Counted from the stretch's first letter, positions 13,995-25,934 are shown. The stretch: DNA of 64,000 nucleotides from an uncultured Gammaproteobacteria bacterium (GCA_963773065.1 CAVYZN010000011.1:256001-320000); one strand, 5' to 3'. Numbers and translations are program-made. The notes: generated by a model from the sequence alone, not told the origin.

Positions 13995-14131
13995 GCCATG
14001 CTCCTGTTGTGTGGTAGTCATTGCAGTCAGCGCGTCTGGTGGTATACGGTAGCCGCGTTCGAACCGTTGTCAGGAAAAGCGCAAAGTGTACTGGAAGCAG
14101 GCATGATTTTCATGCATCAGACTATCCCCCC

Positions 14132-15230
14132 ATGTTAAGAATCATCGATCGCTACCTGCTCAGGGAAATCCTGCTTGGCTGGCTTGCGATCACGCTGGTT
14201 TTGTTACTGATCATGATCAGCCACCGCATGGTGGGCTACCTGGCGCAGGCGGCAACCGGTGAATTGCCGGGTGATGTGATTTTTGTCCTGATGGGAGTGA
14301 AAACGCTCTGGCTGCTCGTGTATGTCATGCCGTTTTCACTTGCGTTGGGTGTGGTTTCAGGGTTGGGCAGGCTTTACCGTGACAATGAAATGACGGTGCT
14401 GGCTGCCTGTGGGGTTGGTCCGGGGCGCCTTTACCCCCCCTTGCTGGGCATGGCGGCCGTGGTAGCCATGTTGCTGGGCTGGATGGCACTCTATTTCAGT
14501 CCCGGGGTCGTGGCCTACGGTGAACGGATCACGCAGCGTGCGGAGCAGCAGGCCGATATCTCGCTGCTTGGCGCCGGCCGCTTCAACGTGCTACACGGCG
14601 GCCAGATCATCTTTTATGCCGAAAGGCTGTCGGAAGACAAACAGCGCATGGAGAACCTGTTCGTTTATGTCTACGACAGAAAGAACCGGGATAAACCGCC
14701 GCAGGTGATCTCGGCCGCCAGCGCCTATCGCATGACGGACAGGAACAGCGGCGATGAATACCTGGTGTTCGTTGACGGTTACCGTTATGAAGGCAGACCG
14801 GGCGAGGTCGGCTACCGGATTATGAAGTTTGACCGGCAGGGCGTGCGCGTTGAATTTCCCGGCGAGGAACCTGCGTCCTCCAAGCGCAGCGCGATCCCGA
14901 CGGCCGACCTGCTGGAATCGACATGACCTGAAGGAGATAGTCGAGTTGCAGTGGCGCCTGTCCGTTCCGCTGTCGGTCATGGTGTTGGTGTTTCTTTCCG
15001 TCCCGTTGAGTCGAATGTCGCCCCGCAAGGGACGTTATGGGGGCCTGGTCATGCCGGTCCTGGTGTTCGTGATCTATTTCAACCTGATGGGGACCGCCAA
15101 GGCCTGGGTTGAACAGGGCGCCATTCCCCCCGTGATCGGGATCTGGTGGGTGCATCTGCTGCCCATCGTACTGGCGATTGCGCTGCTCACTGGCGGCCGT
15201 GTGGGCTGTCGCCTGCGGCGCCGGTTATGA
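14132..15230 (+). CDS. lptF: LPS export permease LptF (frameshift near 14920)
   Basis: IIDRYLLRE, GRLYRDNEMTVL, ELQWRLS; divergent from pepA. Confidence 0.92.
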
Positions 15231-16288
15231 AACTGCTCGACCGCTACATCGCGGGCGCCGTGGCGACGGGAACCGGCATAGCCCTGCTGGTCATCATGGG
15301 GCTCAATGTGTTTTTCTCCATCATCGAGGAAATCGATGAACTCAACGAGGGCAGTTACAGCATCGCCAAGATGCTGCAGTATGTCGCCCTTACCCTGCCG
15401 CGGGGTATCTACGAGCTGTTTCCCACGGCGGCACTGATCGGTGGCTTGACGGGCATGGGCGCGCTCGCGGTGAATAGTGAACTGGTCGCGATGCGTGCCA
15501 GTGGATTGTCGGTATGGCGCATCGTGCGATCCGTCCTGCAGGCAGGTCTGGTGCTGCTGGTGTTTGTCGTCGCCCTGGGTGAGGGGGTCGCCCCAGTTGC
15601 CGAGCAATACGCCCAGCGCTTGCGTGCCGGTGCGTTGGAAAAACGCGTCAGTTTCATGGGCCAGGAAGGCGTCTGGGTGCGTGATGAATCGCGCTACATC
15701 CATGTCAACAAGATATTCGATAATGACATCCTGGCCGATGTCAGTGTCTTTGAGTTTGACAGAGACCGGCAAATGACGACGACGACACATGCCGATACGG
15801 TTTCCTATCAGGGAGGGAAATGGGTATTGCACAACATGCGCCAGACCCTGTTCGCGGGGGACAGCGCCAAGGCCCGAGTTGAGGAGACCTTCACCATGCC
15901 AGCCCTGTTGACACCCGAACTGATCAATGTCGTCGTGCTCAAGCCGGAAAACATGTCGGTGCAGGATATCCGGCAGTTTCTGGGCTACCTGGAAACCAAT
16001 GGGCTGGAAACGCAACAGTACCGTTATGCCCTGTACATCCGTTTCGTAACGCCGGTTTCCGTGTTGCTCATGCTGTTTATCTCCGTGCCATTTGTGTTCG
16101 GGTCATTGCGCTCGACGGGAACGGGACAGCGCTTTATTGTCGGTATCATGGCCGGATTCGGCTTCTACCTGGTCAACCAGATGGCCGGCCAGGCGGGGCA
16201 GGTCTATGGCTGGAATCCCCTGCTGGTCAGCGTCGTCCCCGGTCTGGCCGTATTGCTGGCGGGCATCCATGCGCTGCGGCGAATATAA
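15227..16288 (+). CDS. lptG: LPS export permease LptG
   Basis: MKLLDRYI, SELVAMRASG, PFVFGSLRS. Confidence 0.93.
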   Translation: MKLLDRYIAGAVATGTGIALLVIMGLNVFFSIIEEIDELNEGSYSIAKMLQYVALTLPRGIYELFPTAALIGGLTGMGALAVNSELVAMRASGLSVWRIVRSVLQAGLVLLVFVVALGEGVAPVAEQYAQRLRAGALEKRVSFMGQEGVWVRDESRYIHVNKIFDNDILADVSVFEFDRDRQMTTTTHADTVSYQGGKWVLHNMRQTLFAGDSAKARVEETFTMPALLTPELINVVVLKPENMSVQDIRQFLGYLETNGLETQQYRYALYIRFVTPVSVLLMLFISVPFVFGSLRSTGTGQRFIVGIMAGFGFYLVNQMAGQAGQVYGWNPLLVSVVPGLAVLLAGIHALRRI

Positions 16289-16348
16289 ATCCGGGTGTTT
16301 ACCGTGATAGCAGGTCAATTCCCCTTGCCGGCGCCGGTGGCGGCACGC

Positions 16349-16783
16349 CTATTTCGTCAGCCGCACGATGACCGATTCCGAAATCCGGTCATGCAGCGCC
16401 ATACGGTTCTTGTCTACCAGGATCCAGAGGTAACCCAGGCCGAGCAATGCCCATGACGGTATCGCGGCAAGGAAACGCAGAAGTGCCTGCCACAGGGTGA
16501 TGGGTCGGCCATCGAGTCGCTGTACGCGCAACCGCCAGGCCCGCATGCCCAGCGTTTGACCACCATGCGTCCAGAACCAGGCATAGAAGAAAAAACAGAC
16601 GAAAAAGAGATAGGTACGGAATAGGGGATGGTGATAATCCAGCGTCCCCCGGGTTACCAGCAGGGCCAGTGCGGTGGCGAACAGCAGCAGCGATAACAGC
16701 AGGAGCATGTCATAGAGCATTGCCATCAGCCGGCGAAACAGCCCGGCAGGTTCGTAGGCGGGCTTGTCTGCGGATTTCTTCAT
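16349..16783 (-). CDS. RDD family membrane protein
   Basis: AGLFRRLMAMLYD, GQTLGMRAWRL, LHDRISES. Confidence 0.9.
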   Translation of the reverse strand: MKKSADKPAYEPAGLFRRLMAMLYDMLLLLSLLLFATALALLVTRGTLDYHHPLFRTYLFFVCFFFYAWFWTHGGQTLGMRAWRLRVQRLDGRPITLWQALLRFLAAIPSWALLGLGYLWILVDKNRMALHDRISESVIVRLTK

Positions 16784-16967
16784 GGTATTTCGTGCTACAG
16801 GCATTGAAAATCCCCGACCCGGGTGGCATAAGAGGTGGCAGGGGACAGGGCGCGCTGGCGGACCTTCTGCGGTAACGTGCGTCCGTTGGTGGCTGTACAC
16901 TCCCCGCACGACACACTGAATTCCCGGGCGCACAGCGCCGGCGACAGCTTTCCCGTTTCGGGTGAGA

Positions 16968-17042
16968 TGGCGCTCCCTAGGGGATTCGAACCCCTGTTAC
17001 CGGCGTGAGAGGCCAGCGTCCTAACCACTAGACGAAGGGAGC
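16968..17042 (-). tRNA. tRNA-Glu (anticodon CTC)
   Basis: GCTCCCTTCGTCTAGTGGTTAGGACGCTGGCCTCTCACGCCGGTAACAGGGGTTCGAATCCCCTAGGGAGCGCCA folds as a cloverleaf with encoded CCA. Confidence 0.95.
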
Positions 17043-17117
17043 CTACCGGGCAAGCGCCCATGCAGCATAAAGCGGTGGTATTATACGCCCAACCACTTCA
17101 TTCACAAGCGAAGCTCC

Positions 17118-18446
17118 GTGAGCATCACGAGAAGTATCGACACATCCACCGAACCCACCATCATCAGCCGGTCAGAGCATCCGATTTCCCGGGCAAGCAT
17201 CAGTCCCAATGCCCTCAAGGTGTTGTACCGTCTGAAGGACGCCGGTTTTCAGGGGCACCTGGTCGGCGGGGGGGTGCGCGACCTGTTGCTGGGGCGTGAG
17301 CCCAAGGACTTCGATATCGCAACCGATGCGCATCCCGACGACGTGCGGCGCCTATTCGGTAATTGCCGCCTGATCGGCCGGCGTTTCCGCCTGGCGCACG
17401 TCTTGTTCGGGCACGAGGTCATCGAGGTGGCCACCTTCCGTGCCCTGCATGAGGGGAATGAGGAAGTTAGCAGCGCCCGCCATGTCGATGACGAGGGTCG
17501 TATCGTGCGCGACAACGTCTATGGCACCATCGAGGAAGACGCCTTTCGTCGCGATTTCACCGTCAATGCCCTGTACTACAACATCGCCGACTTCACGGTT
17601 ATCGATTATGCCGGTGGCATGGCCGACCTCAAGGCCGGCATGCTGCGCCTGATCGGTGATCCCGAGACCCGATTCCGGGAAGATCCCGTGCGCATGCTGC
17701 GTGCCGTGCGCTTTGCCACCAAACTGGGTTTTCGTATCCACCCCGAAACCGAGCGGCCCATCAAGGACCTCGCGCCGCTGCTGGGCGATATCCCCCCGGC
17801 GCGCCTGTTCGATGAAATGCTCAAGCTGTTCATGGGGGGTAGCGCGCTGGCTAATTTCGAGGCCCTGCGTCACTACGATCTGTTTGGCCAGTTGTTCCCG
17901 CTGACGGAGCAGAGCCTGACCCATGAGCAGGAGCATTTTCCGCTGACGCTGATCAGCCGTGGGATGGAGAACACCGACCAGCGCATCCAGCAGGACAAGC
18001 CGGTCACTCCGGCCTTCCTCTTCGCCATATTCCTCTGGCAGCCGGTGCGCGAACGTGCCGCCCGGCTGCAGGCCGAGGGTTTGCATCCGGCCCAGGCCAC
18101 GCAGCACGCCAGTTCCCAGATCATCGCGGAACAGGGTGCTGTGATGGCCATACCGCGTCGCTACTCGCTGTCCATGCGCGAGATCTGGATGTTGCAGATG
18201 CGGTTGGAGCTTGCCGGTGGCCGGCGCAGCCAGCGGGTGCTGAGTCATCCCCGGTTCCGCGCGGCCTATGATTTTCTGCTGTTGCGCGGCGAGGCCGGCG
18301 AAGTCTCTCGGGAACTGTGCCAATGGTGGACCGGCTTCCAGGAGACGCACCCGCAGCCGCGTGAAAAGGAAGCTCCCAGAACGGCGCCGCGTAAACGCCG
18401 GCGTCGTGGCCGGACGCGGAGCGCTCGCGGGGGAGATGAAACGTGA
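17118..18446 (+). CDS. pcnB: Poly(A) polymerase I
   Basis: LVGGGVRDLLLG..PKDFDIAT, LIGRRFRLAHV, RRDFTVNALYY, basic C-terminal tail. Confidence 0.95.
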   Translation: MSITRSIDTSTEPTIISRSEHPISRASISPNALKVLYRLKDAGFQGHLVGGGVRDLLLGREPKDFDIATDAHPDDVRRLFGNCRLIGRRFRLAHVLFGHEVIEVATFRALHEGNEEVSSARHVDDEGRIVRDNVYGTIEEDAFRRDFTVNALYYNIADFTVIDYAGGMADLKAGMLRLIGDPETRFREDPVRMLRAVRFATKLGFRIHPETERPIKDLAPLLGDIPPARLFDEMLKLFMGGSALANFEALRHYDLFGQLFPLTEQSLTHEQEHFPLTLISRGMENTDQRIQQDKPVTPAFLFAIFLWQPVRERAARLQAEGLHPAQATQHASSQIIAEQGAVMAIPRRYSLSMREIWMLQMRLELAGGRRSQRVLSHPRFRAAYDFLLLRGEAGEVSRELCQWWTGFQETHPQPREKEAPRTAPRKRRRRGRTRSARGGDET

Positions 18447-18935
18447 GGCAACTGGCTTATATAGGCATAGGCAGCAACCTAGGCAATCCGATGGCGCAGG
18501 TGCAGCAGGCCTTTGCGGAACTCGACGCGATACCCCATTCCTTTGTGATTGCCCGCTCCTGCCTCTACGGCAGCAAACCGATGGGTCCGGCCGGGCAGCC
18601 GGACTATGTCAACGCCGTGGCTGCCATGGATACGCTGCTCGCACCGCAGGATTTGTTGCAGGCACTGCAGAAAATCGAACGGCGGCATGGCCGCGAACGC
18701 ACGGGAGAGAAATGGGGTCCGCGAATTCTGGATCTGGACCTGTTGCTTTATGGCGGGGAGAATGATCACTACCGCGGATCTGACGGTTCCCCACCCCGGC
18801 TTGCCTGAACGCGATTTTGTCCTCATTCCCCTGGAGGAGATCGCCGGCGATATCACCATCCCCGGGCGTGGCGCAGTGAGCTCGCTCATCTCCCGGTGTG
18901 AGAACCATGCACTGAGAAAGCTGGCTGCCGATTAA
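18443..18935 (+). CDS. folK: 2-amino-4-hydroxy-6-hydroxymethyldihydropteridine pyrophosphokinase (frameshift near 18760)
   Basis: AYIGIGSNLG, WGPRILDLDLL, LTVPHP..ERDFVL. Confidence 0.93.
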
Positions 18936-19585
18936 TGGATCAGCATCGTCCCGGCTATATCGTCGTCGAAGGGCCGATCGGGGTCGGCAAGACCAGCCTG
19001 GCGCGACGGCTGGCCAGGACCTTCGAGTCCGACCTGTTGCTCGAGGGTGCCGGCGAAAATCCATTCCTGGAGCGTTTTTATCAGGATCCGCGTTCCGGCG
19101 CCCTGCCTGCCCAGTTGTTTTTCCTGTTTCAGCGCACGCGCCAGATCCAGGACATGCGCCAGGCCGACATGTTCCAGCCGGTGCGCGTCGCCGACTTTCT
19201 CATGGAGAAGGACCGCCTGTTTGCCGAGCTGACGCTGGACGCCGAAGAGCTGAAGCTTTACGAACAGGTCTACAGCCACCTCAGGGTGGATGCGCCGGTT
19301 CCCGACCTGGTCATTTACTTGCAGGCGCCGGTAGACGTGCTGCTCAAGCGGATCGCCAGACGCGGAATCAGCTATGAACGCCGGATCGATGCCGCTTACC
19401 TGCGCCGTCTCTCCGAGGCCTATGCCCGCCTGTTTCTCTACTACGAGGCCGCTCCGCTCCTGATCGTGAATGCGGCGCATATCGATCTGGTCGACAATGA
19501 CGAGGACTACCTGGCGCTGGTCGAACGGATCCATGCCTCCAGGAGCGGGCGGCATTACTTCAATCCCTCATTGGCGACGATCTGA
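18935..19585 (+). CDS. Deoxynucleoside kinase
   Basis: IVVEGPIGVGKTS, ENPFLERFY, PDLVIYLQA. Confidence 0.9.
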   Translation: MDQHRPGYIVVEGPIGVGKTSLARRLARTFESDLLLEGAGENPFLERFYQDPRSGALPAQLFFLFQRTRQIQDMRQADMFQPVRVADFLMEKDRLFAELTLDAEELKLYEQVYSHLRVDAPVPDLVIYLQAPVDVLLKRIARRGISYERRIDAAYLRRLSEAYARLFLYYEAAPLLIVNAAHIDLVDNDEDYLALVERIHASRSGRHYFNPSLATI

Positions 19586-19593
19586 GCAGCGTC

Positions 19594-20406
19594 ATGGGCG
19601 CCGAAACCACTCCCTCGCCGGTCAGCCTTGCCACCTTGCAGCGCATGAAGGCGCAGGGCGAGAAGATCGCCTGCCTGACCTGTTATGACGCGAGCTTCAC
19701 GCGGGTGCTCGAGGGCGCCGGGGTCGATCTGTTCATCGTCGGCGACTCGCTCGGCATGGTGCTCAAGGGTCACGAATCCACCGTGGCGGTGACCATGGCC
19801 GATATGATCTATCACGCCGCCAACGTGGCGCGTTGCGGGCGGCATGCCCTGCGGGTGGTGGACCTGCCCTTCATGAGTTACGCCAGCCGCGACCAGGCGC
19901 TGGGCAATGCGGCGCGCCTGATGCGCGAGGGCGGTGCGCACATGGTCAAGCTGGAAGGCGGCACGGCGATGGCCGGTATTGTGGAACACCTGGTCCGCCA
20001 CGCCATTCCGGTCTGCGGACACATCGGTCTCCTGCCCCAGTCGGTGCACAAGCTGGGCGGCTACCGGGTACAGGGCCGCGATGAGGCGGGCGCCGCCGCC
20101 GTGCTCGCCGACGCCAGGGCGCTGGAGGCCGCCGGGGCGGACCTGCTGGTGCTCGAGTGCATCCCGGCCGAACTGGCCGCGCGGGTGACTGCCGCGGTAA
20201 ACATTCCCACTATCGGGATCGGCGCCGGCCCGTCCTGCGACGGGCAGGTGCTTGTGCTCTACGACATGCTCGGCATCACCCCGAGCCGACGCCCGAAATT
20301 CGTCAAGGACTTTCTCGCGGAGGCCGGCAGCGTGCCCGCGGCCATCGCCGCCTATATCAGGGCTGTCAGGGACGGCAGCTTCCCCGGTCCCGAACACTGT
20401 TTCTGA
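19594..20406 (+). CDS. panB: 3-methyl-2-oxobutanoate hydroxymethyltransferase
   Basis: VGDSLGMV, VKLEGG, GHIGLLPQS. Confidence 0.96.
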   Translation: MGAETTPSPVSLATLQRMKAQGEKIACLTCYDASFTRVLEGAGVDLFIVGDSLGMVLKGHESTVAVTMADMIYHAANVARCGRHALRVVDLPFMSYASRDQALGNAARLMREGGAHMVKLEGGTAMAGIVEHLVRHAIPVCGHIGLLPQSVHKLGGYRVQGRDEAGAAAVLADARALEAAGADLLVLECIPAELAARVTAAVNIPTIGIGAGPSCDGQVLVLYDMLGITPSRRPKFVKDFLAEAGSVPAAIAAYIRAVRDGSFPGPEHCF

Positions 20407-20415
20407 AGTAATACC

Positions 20416-21269
20416 ATGGATATCGTCGCTTCCACGACTGATTTGCGTGCACACGTGCGCGCCTGGCGGGCGCAGCAGGATCGCATCGCCTTTGTTCCTA
20501 CCATGGGCAATCTCCATGCCGGCCACCTGAAGCTGGTTCGCCATGCGCGCAGCATCGCCGGACGCGTCGTGGTCAGCATCTTCGTCAACCCGATGCAGTT
20601 TGGCCCCGGCGAGGATTACGACAGCTATCCACGCACCCTGGCGGACGACACGGCGGCATTGATGCGGGCGGACGCGGACCTGTTGTTTGTTCCGGCTGTC
20701 AGTGAAATTTATCCGGGCGACCTGGATAACACCACGCGTGTCGTGGTGCCGGGCCTCGGCGAGATCCTGTGCGGTGCGTTCCGCCCGGGGTTCTTCACCG
20801 GTGTCGCCACGGTCGTGACCCGCCTGCTCAATCTGGTGCAGCCGGATATTGCCGTGTTCGGCGAGAAGGACTACCAGCAGCTCATCGTTATCCGGCGCAT
20901 GGTCAGGGAATTGTGCCTGCCGGTGAGCATCGAGGGAGTTGCGACCGCGCGCGAGGCGGACGGACTGGCCATGAGTTCGCGCAATGGCTATCTGAACCGC
21001 GACCGAGCGCGTCACCGCCGCCATTCTGTATCGGACCCTCACGCAGGTGAAGGCGGCAGTCGAGGGCGGGGCGTCCGACTATGCCGCCATCGAACACGCG
21101 GCCATGGACAGATTGACCCGGGCGGGCTTCAGGCCGGACTATGTCGGCATTCGGCGCGCGGCCGATCTGGGCGAGCCCGCCGTGGGCGACACACGCGCTG
21201 CGGGTCCTGGCGGCCGCCTGGCTGGGACCGGCACGCTTGATCGACAACCTTGAGATAACAGTTCCTTAG
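20416..21269 (+). CDS. panC: Pantoate--beta-alanine ligase (frameshifts near 3' end)
   Basis: [31 protein letters not shown]. Confidence 0.94.
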
Positions 21270-21370
21270 CCTGACTTGTTAACAGGGGCGTAAGTACGGT
21301 TTCTTGAACTCTCATGCGCAAGGCTGGATAATTCATCACGATTACAGTTCTGGAAAGGAACCACCGCGGT

Positions 21371-21751
21371 ATGCAAATCACCCTGCTGAAATCAAAGCTG
21401 CATCACGCCCGGGTCACGCATTCGGAGCTCGAATATGAGGGTTCCTGCGCCATCGACGGCCGCCTGCTGGAAGCGGCGAACATTCGCGAATATGAACAGA
21501 TCCAGATCTACAATCTGGCTAATGGCGAACGTTTCACCACCTACGCGATCCGCGCGCAGGATGACAGCGGCATCATCTCCATCAACGGCGCGGCCGCGCA
21601 CAAGGCCAAGCCAGGCGACCGGGTTATTATCTGCACCTATGCCGTGCTGTCCCAGCAGGAGGCCGCCGCCTTCAAGCCCACCCTGATCTACCTCGACGCA
21701 CATAACCGCATCAAGGGCATGCGCCACGCCATACCCGTGCAGGTCGCCTGA
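21371..21751 (+). CDS. panD: Aspartate 1-decarboxylase
   Basis: [20 protein letters not shown]. Confidence 0.96.
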   Translation: MQITLLKSKLHHARVTHSELEYEGSCAIDGRLLEAANIREYEQIQIYNLANGERFTTYAIRAQDDSGIISINGAAAHKAKPGDRVIICTYAVLSQQEAAAFKPTLIYLDAHNRIKGMRHAIPVQVA

Positions 21752-21770
21752 GGCATTACCGGGTCCACGG

Positions 21771-22643
21771 CTACCCGGCAATCAGGTATACCCCGGCAAT
21801 CATCAAGGACCCCGCGGCGAGATTTCGCTTCAGGCCCGTCTCGCCGAACAGCCACGCGCCATACAGTATCCCGAACAACAGACTGGTGCGCTTCACCGCG
21901 ATCATATACGCGACCGCAACGTGCGCAATGGCGTAAAAATGCGCCAGCACCATGCCGCCCATGAACAGACCCACCAGCAGATGCGCCCATGGATGCCGGC
22001 CCAGCACCCGCCAGGTCCTGACGTCACGCGAGGCGAACAACAGGGTGGCTGCCGCGCCCAGCAGGACGAAATAAAACGGACCGAAGAATCCCGGCGTCAC
22101 ATACTGCAATGCTCCCTTGCCCATCACCGACGTCAGGCTGTATAGCGCCGCCACCCCCAGCATCAGCCGTGAACCCCGCTCCCGGGCAATCGCCCGAAAC
22201 GCCGCCATGAAGGCCGGCCGCCTCCCGTCATGCAGGGCATTCAGGTTGAGCAGCCAGGCCCCGCACACCACCAGTGCGATCCCGGCAAAGCCCGGCAGAG
22301 TCACGGTTTCGCCCAGCAATACATACCCGGTGACGACATTGAACACCGGGGTGAAGGCCAGGTAGGGCAGTGTCAGCGACAAGGGGCATTCCCGGATGGC
22401 CTTCATGTAGAGCCACATGGCGAGTATCTCGAGCGGCAGCAGAGTCGCCAGCCAGCCCCAGAAGGGCGGTGCCGGCGCCGGCCAGGGTTGCAGCGCCAGC
22501 AGCGGCGACAACAGCAGGCCGGTCACGCCGAAGCGCACCAGCGTCATTTGCCCCGGACGATAATCCGACAGATAGCGCTTCGTGAGCGCATCGGCGGTCG
22601 CGAGACAGAAAGCCGATAGCAGGGTCAGACCGAACCAGTGCAT
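21771..22643 (-). CDS. EamA/DMT family transporter
   Basis: About 10 TM helices, two EamA repeats (LLGETV, LFGET). Confidence 0.88.
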   Translation of the reverse strand: MHWFGLTLLSAFCLATADALTKRYLSDYRPGQMTLVRFGVTGLLLSPLLALQPWPAPAPPFWGWLATLLPLEILAMWLYMKAIRECPLSLTLPYLAFTPVFNVVTGYVLLGETVTLPGFAGIALVVCGAWLLNLNALHDGRRPAFMAAFRAIARERGSRLMLGVAALYSLTSVMGKGALQYVTPGFFGPFYFVLLGAAATLLFASRDVRTWRVLGRHPWAHLLVGLFMGGMVLAHFYAIAHVAVAYMIAVKRTSLLFGILYGAWLFGETGLKRNLAAGSLMIAGVYLIAG

Positions 22644-22897
22644 AGCAGGGACCGAAGTACAGGGATGTCAAAGTCGTCGCGCGAGGCAGGAGTCCGGGAG
22701 CGACCTTGAGAATTCCGGCAACCGTACTGCGAAACACGGCCGGGGTGCAATTACGCATGACCCCGGTGCATTACCTTCGCTATGAAGCGGAGGCTGTCTG
22801 GGGGAAATCCGCTAAACACCGGCGCGGCTGAACACCCCATGGAATGGAACTGCTACTATGATAATAGCGGGACGTGCCTGTAGAGGGAGATGTGCAC

Positions 22898-23120
22898 ATG
22901 ACAGACCACCACCAGCGACTGGCCCGGCAGGTTGTCGATAACTTCAGGAATTCACTCAGCGGGGAGGCGCGCGAGTATATCCCCGAGGCGCAATTTGAGG
23001 ATCTTGTCGGCGGCGGTCCACCAATTGCTTACCCACGAGCACGAACATATCACCGATCTGCTCGATGCACTCGTCAGGACCCTGCGTGGCGGCGTGGAGA
23101 AACCAGAGATCGGTTTGTAA
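22898..23120 (+). CDS. Small hypothetical protein (one frameshift)
   Basis: RBS GGAG before ATG; MTDHHQRLARQVV... continues as AVHQLLTHEHEH...EKPEIGL. Confidence 0.55.
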
Positions 23121-23203
23121 ACCGGCACGGCAACGCCGTTGAGGCCGGGCCGGTATACCGTGGGCTTACGATATCGGCAGGCAGCAGTCGCGCCGGATCG
23201 CGC

Positions 23204-23911
23204 TCAGGCGATGATCGCCTGTTTCTCGAGTTTGAACGCCTCCGGCTGTGCATTGACCCGGCCCGTCTCCAGCCAGTCAATCAGGGATCGCCACTGGTCG
23301 CGGTCCGCGCGCGTGAGGTTGGTCTTCAGCTCGTGTATTCCCCTGCCTTCCGCCGCCGCCTGCACGTAGTATTGTGAATCACGCAGGCAGGCCACCGGTG
23401 GCCTGCCCTCTTCGTTTAGAAACTGCAGCAGCAACTGGAAGGCGCGCGTGTTCCGGTGGACCCGGTTGGCCACGATGGCTATCGGTGCGCCGGGGGCATG
23501 CAGGCGCATCTCGGTGCCGAGGTCCCCGATGAAGGCGGAGGTTACCCGGCAATCGATGAAGGAAGGAAGGAGCGGAATGATTATGGCCGAGGCATCACGC
23601 AGTACCTCGACCAAGTCCATGCGCTTCATGGAGGCCGGGGTATCCAGGATAATGCGCTGCGTCCCGGGTGGTACACGCATCTGGAATGAACGGGTGAAAT
23701 GGCCTGCGGGCGGGTGGGCAGCCGCCACGCCGTGAATCTTCGCCAGGTGCTCAGGCCGCAAACTGAGCCAACGGGTGGCGGAATCCTGCGGGTCATAATC
23801 CAACAGAGCGGAAGGATAGCCGTTGGCGGCGTAGTAACTGGCCAGGTTGGTGGACAAGGTCGTCTTGCCACATCCTCCCTTGCTGTTGATAACGACGATC
23901 TTTCGAATCAT
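23204..23911 (-). CDS. Orphan ParA/MinD-family ATPase
   Basis: Deviant Walker A KGGCGKTT, DYDPQDS, ILDTP. Confidence 0.88.
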   Translation of the reverse strand: MIRKIVVINSKGGCGKTTLSTNLASYYAANGYPSALLDYDPQDSATRWLSLRPEHLAKIHGVAAAHPPAGHFTRSFQMRVPPGTQRIILDTPASMKRMDLVEVLRDASAIIIPLLPSFIDCRVTSAFIGDLGTEMRLHAPGAPIAIVANRVHRNTRAFQLLLQFLNEEGRPPVACLRDSQYYVQAAAEGRGIHELKTNLTRADRDQWRSLIDWLETGRVNAQPEAFKLEKQAIIA

Positions 23912-24402
23912 TGGTTCCTCATGACGCTTGGCGGGCCGGTCCTGGCCTGCGAGATCGCGCGTAGTCTACTACGGATGGTGCCGATTTTCCGCTTCAAGTA
24001 TCGCGGCCCTCTCATAATGACCAGGATGCACCTTTGTGGCGCAGCGCATAATGCCAGCCACCGCGCGGCCCGGTTGGCATCCTGGCAGATGCAGACGTCA
24101 CGGCCTGGGAGTGCTCATTGCCGGGAACCCGTTGACTGGTATGACTATATTATATTTGCCGGATTATATGCCGGCTTGACGTGGCAGCATGGTGGAACAT
24201 GCCGGGCAGGACAAGGAATGTCTTTTTATCACGACAGTGATTCTCATGACTTGCATACTGCGTTAATCTTGGCCATCTTTCAGACCGACTCCCGCTACGG
24301 ACATCCCGCCTCCTTGCCGCGGCGAGAGGGTGATTACTCGACAACCGGGACAGGCCCTGAATCCCATGCAAACAAGCTGAACATCGACCACGGGAAAGCG
24401 AC

Positions 24403-25921
24403 GTGAAGCCAAAACCTGTCTTACTGGCCATCTTCGACGGATTCGGACTCAACCCCAGCCGCGCGCACAACGCCTGGGCCCTGGCGCGCACTCCCCACCT
24501 CGACCATTATTTCGCCTCCTATCCGCACACCGCGCTGCAGGCCTCCGGCCGGGCCGTCGGCCTGCCGGACGGGCAATTCGGCAACTCCGAGGTCGGCCAC
24601 CTCACGCTGGGATCGGGCCGCATCCTCGAACAGGACCTGATGCGCATCGCCGACGCCATCTATGACGGCTCGGTGACGGCTAGCACGGCCTGGCAGGGCA
24701 TGCTCGAGGGGACGCGCTGCCTGCACCTGGTCGGCATGGTGTCGGACGGCGGCGTGCACTCCCATATCGAACACCTGCTCGGCATCCTCGATCTGCTGCG
24801 TAGGACGGCGGTCGAGCCGGTGCTGCACATGTTTACCGACGGGCGTGATACGGCGCCGAAAGCCGCGCTTGGCTATCTGTCGAGGATCGAGGAAACCCTG
24901 GGCAAGCTGGGCAGGGGGCGCATCGCCACGGTGAGTGGACGTTATTCCGCGATGGACCGGGCCAAACACTGGGACCGCACGCAGCGCGCCTGGTCGGCGC
25001 TGGTGCGCGGTGAGGGGTTCAGTGCGGAGACTCCCCGGGAAGCCATCGAGTCGGCCTATGCGCGCGGCGAGGGCGATGAGTTTATTCAACCCACGGTGAT
25101 GACCGGATACCGCGGGATTGCCGAGGATGAACCGGTGCTGTTCTTCAACTTCCGCAGCGACCGCGCGCGCCAGTTATCGGCCGCCCTGGGACTGGCGGAA
25201 TTCGACGCCTTCGATCGCGGCGGCGCCGGCACTGAGGCGGCTGGTGTGCATGACCGAATACGATGCCACCTATCCGTTTCCCGTGCTGTTTTCACCCCAG
25301 ATTCCCGAGCAGGTGCTGGCACAGGTGATCAGCGAGGCCGGTCTGCGGCAGCTGCACTGTGCCGAAACCGAGAAATATCCGCACGTGACCTATTTCTTCA
25401 ATGGCGGGCGCGAGCCCCCCTATGCCGGCGAAGACCGGATTATCGTTCCCTCGCCGCAGGTCGCGACCTATGACGAACAGCCGGAGATGAGCGCCTCCAA
25501 GGTCGCCGACCGGCTGATCAGCGCGATCGAAAGCGATACCTATGACTTTGTTCTGACCAATTTCGCCAACACCGACATGGTCGGCCACACGGCGCGTCCG
25601 GCGGCGATCATCCGTGCCGTCGAGACCCTCGACAACGAGAGCCACCGCGTGTTCCGGGTCGCGCTGGAACGCGGCTGGCGCGTGTTGCTGACCTCGGATC
25701 ATGGCAACTGCGACGAGATGGTCAACCCCAACACCGGCGAGCCGCATACCCAGCACACTGAATATCCGGTCCCGTTTCTGATCATGGGGCAGGGTCCGGT
25801 GCGACTCGGCATCGGACGCGGCCTGGCGGATATCGCACCCACGGTGCTGGATCTGCTGGGTCTGCCGCGCCCCCCCGCCATGACCGGACGCAGTTTACTC
25901 CTCAAGCAAGGTCTGAGATAA
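24403..25921 (+). CDS. gpmI: 2,3-bisphosphoglycerate-independent phosphoglycerate mutase (frameshift near 25235)
   Basis: GLPDGQFGNSEVGH, SDGGVHSH, AETEKYPHVT, DMVGHT, TSDHGN. Confidence 0.94.
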
Positions 25922-25934
25922 ACCGGAGACACCG

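Noticed and set aside
23204-23911. ParA as a plasmid or prophage partition locus
   Set aside because: No parB, parS, rep or phage genes nearby; a typical orphan chromosomal ParA-like ATPase.
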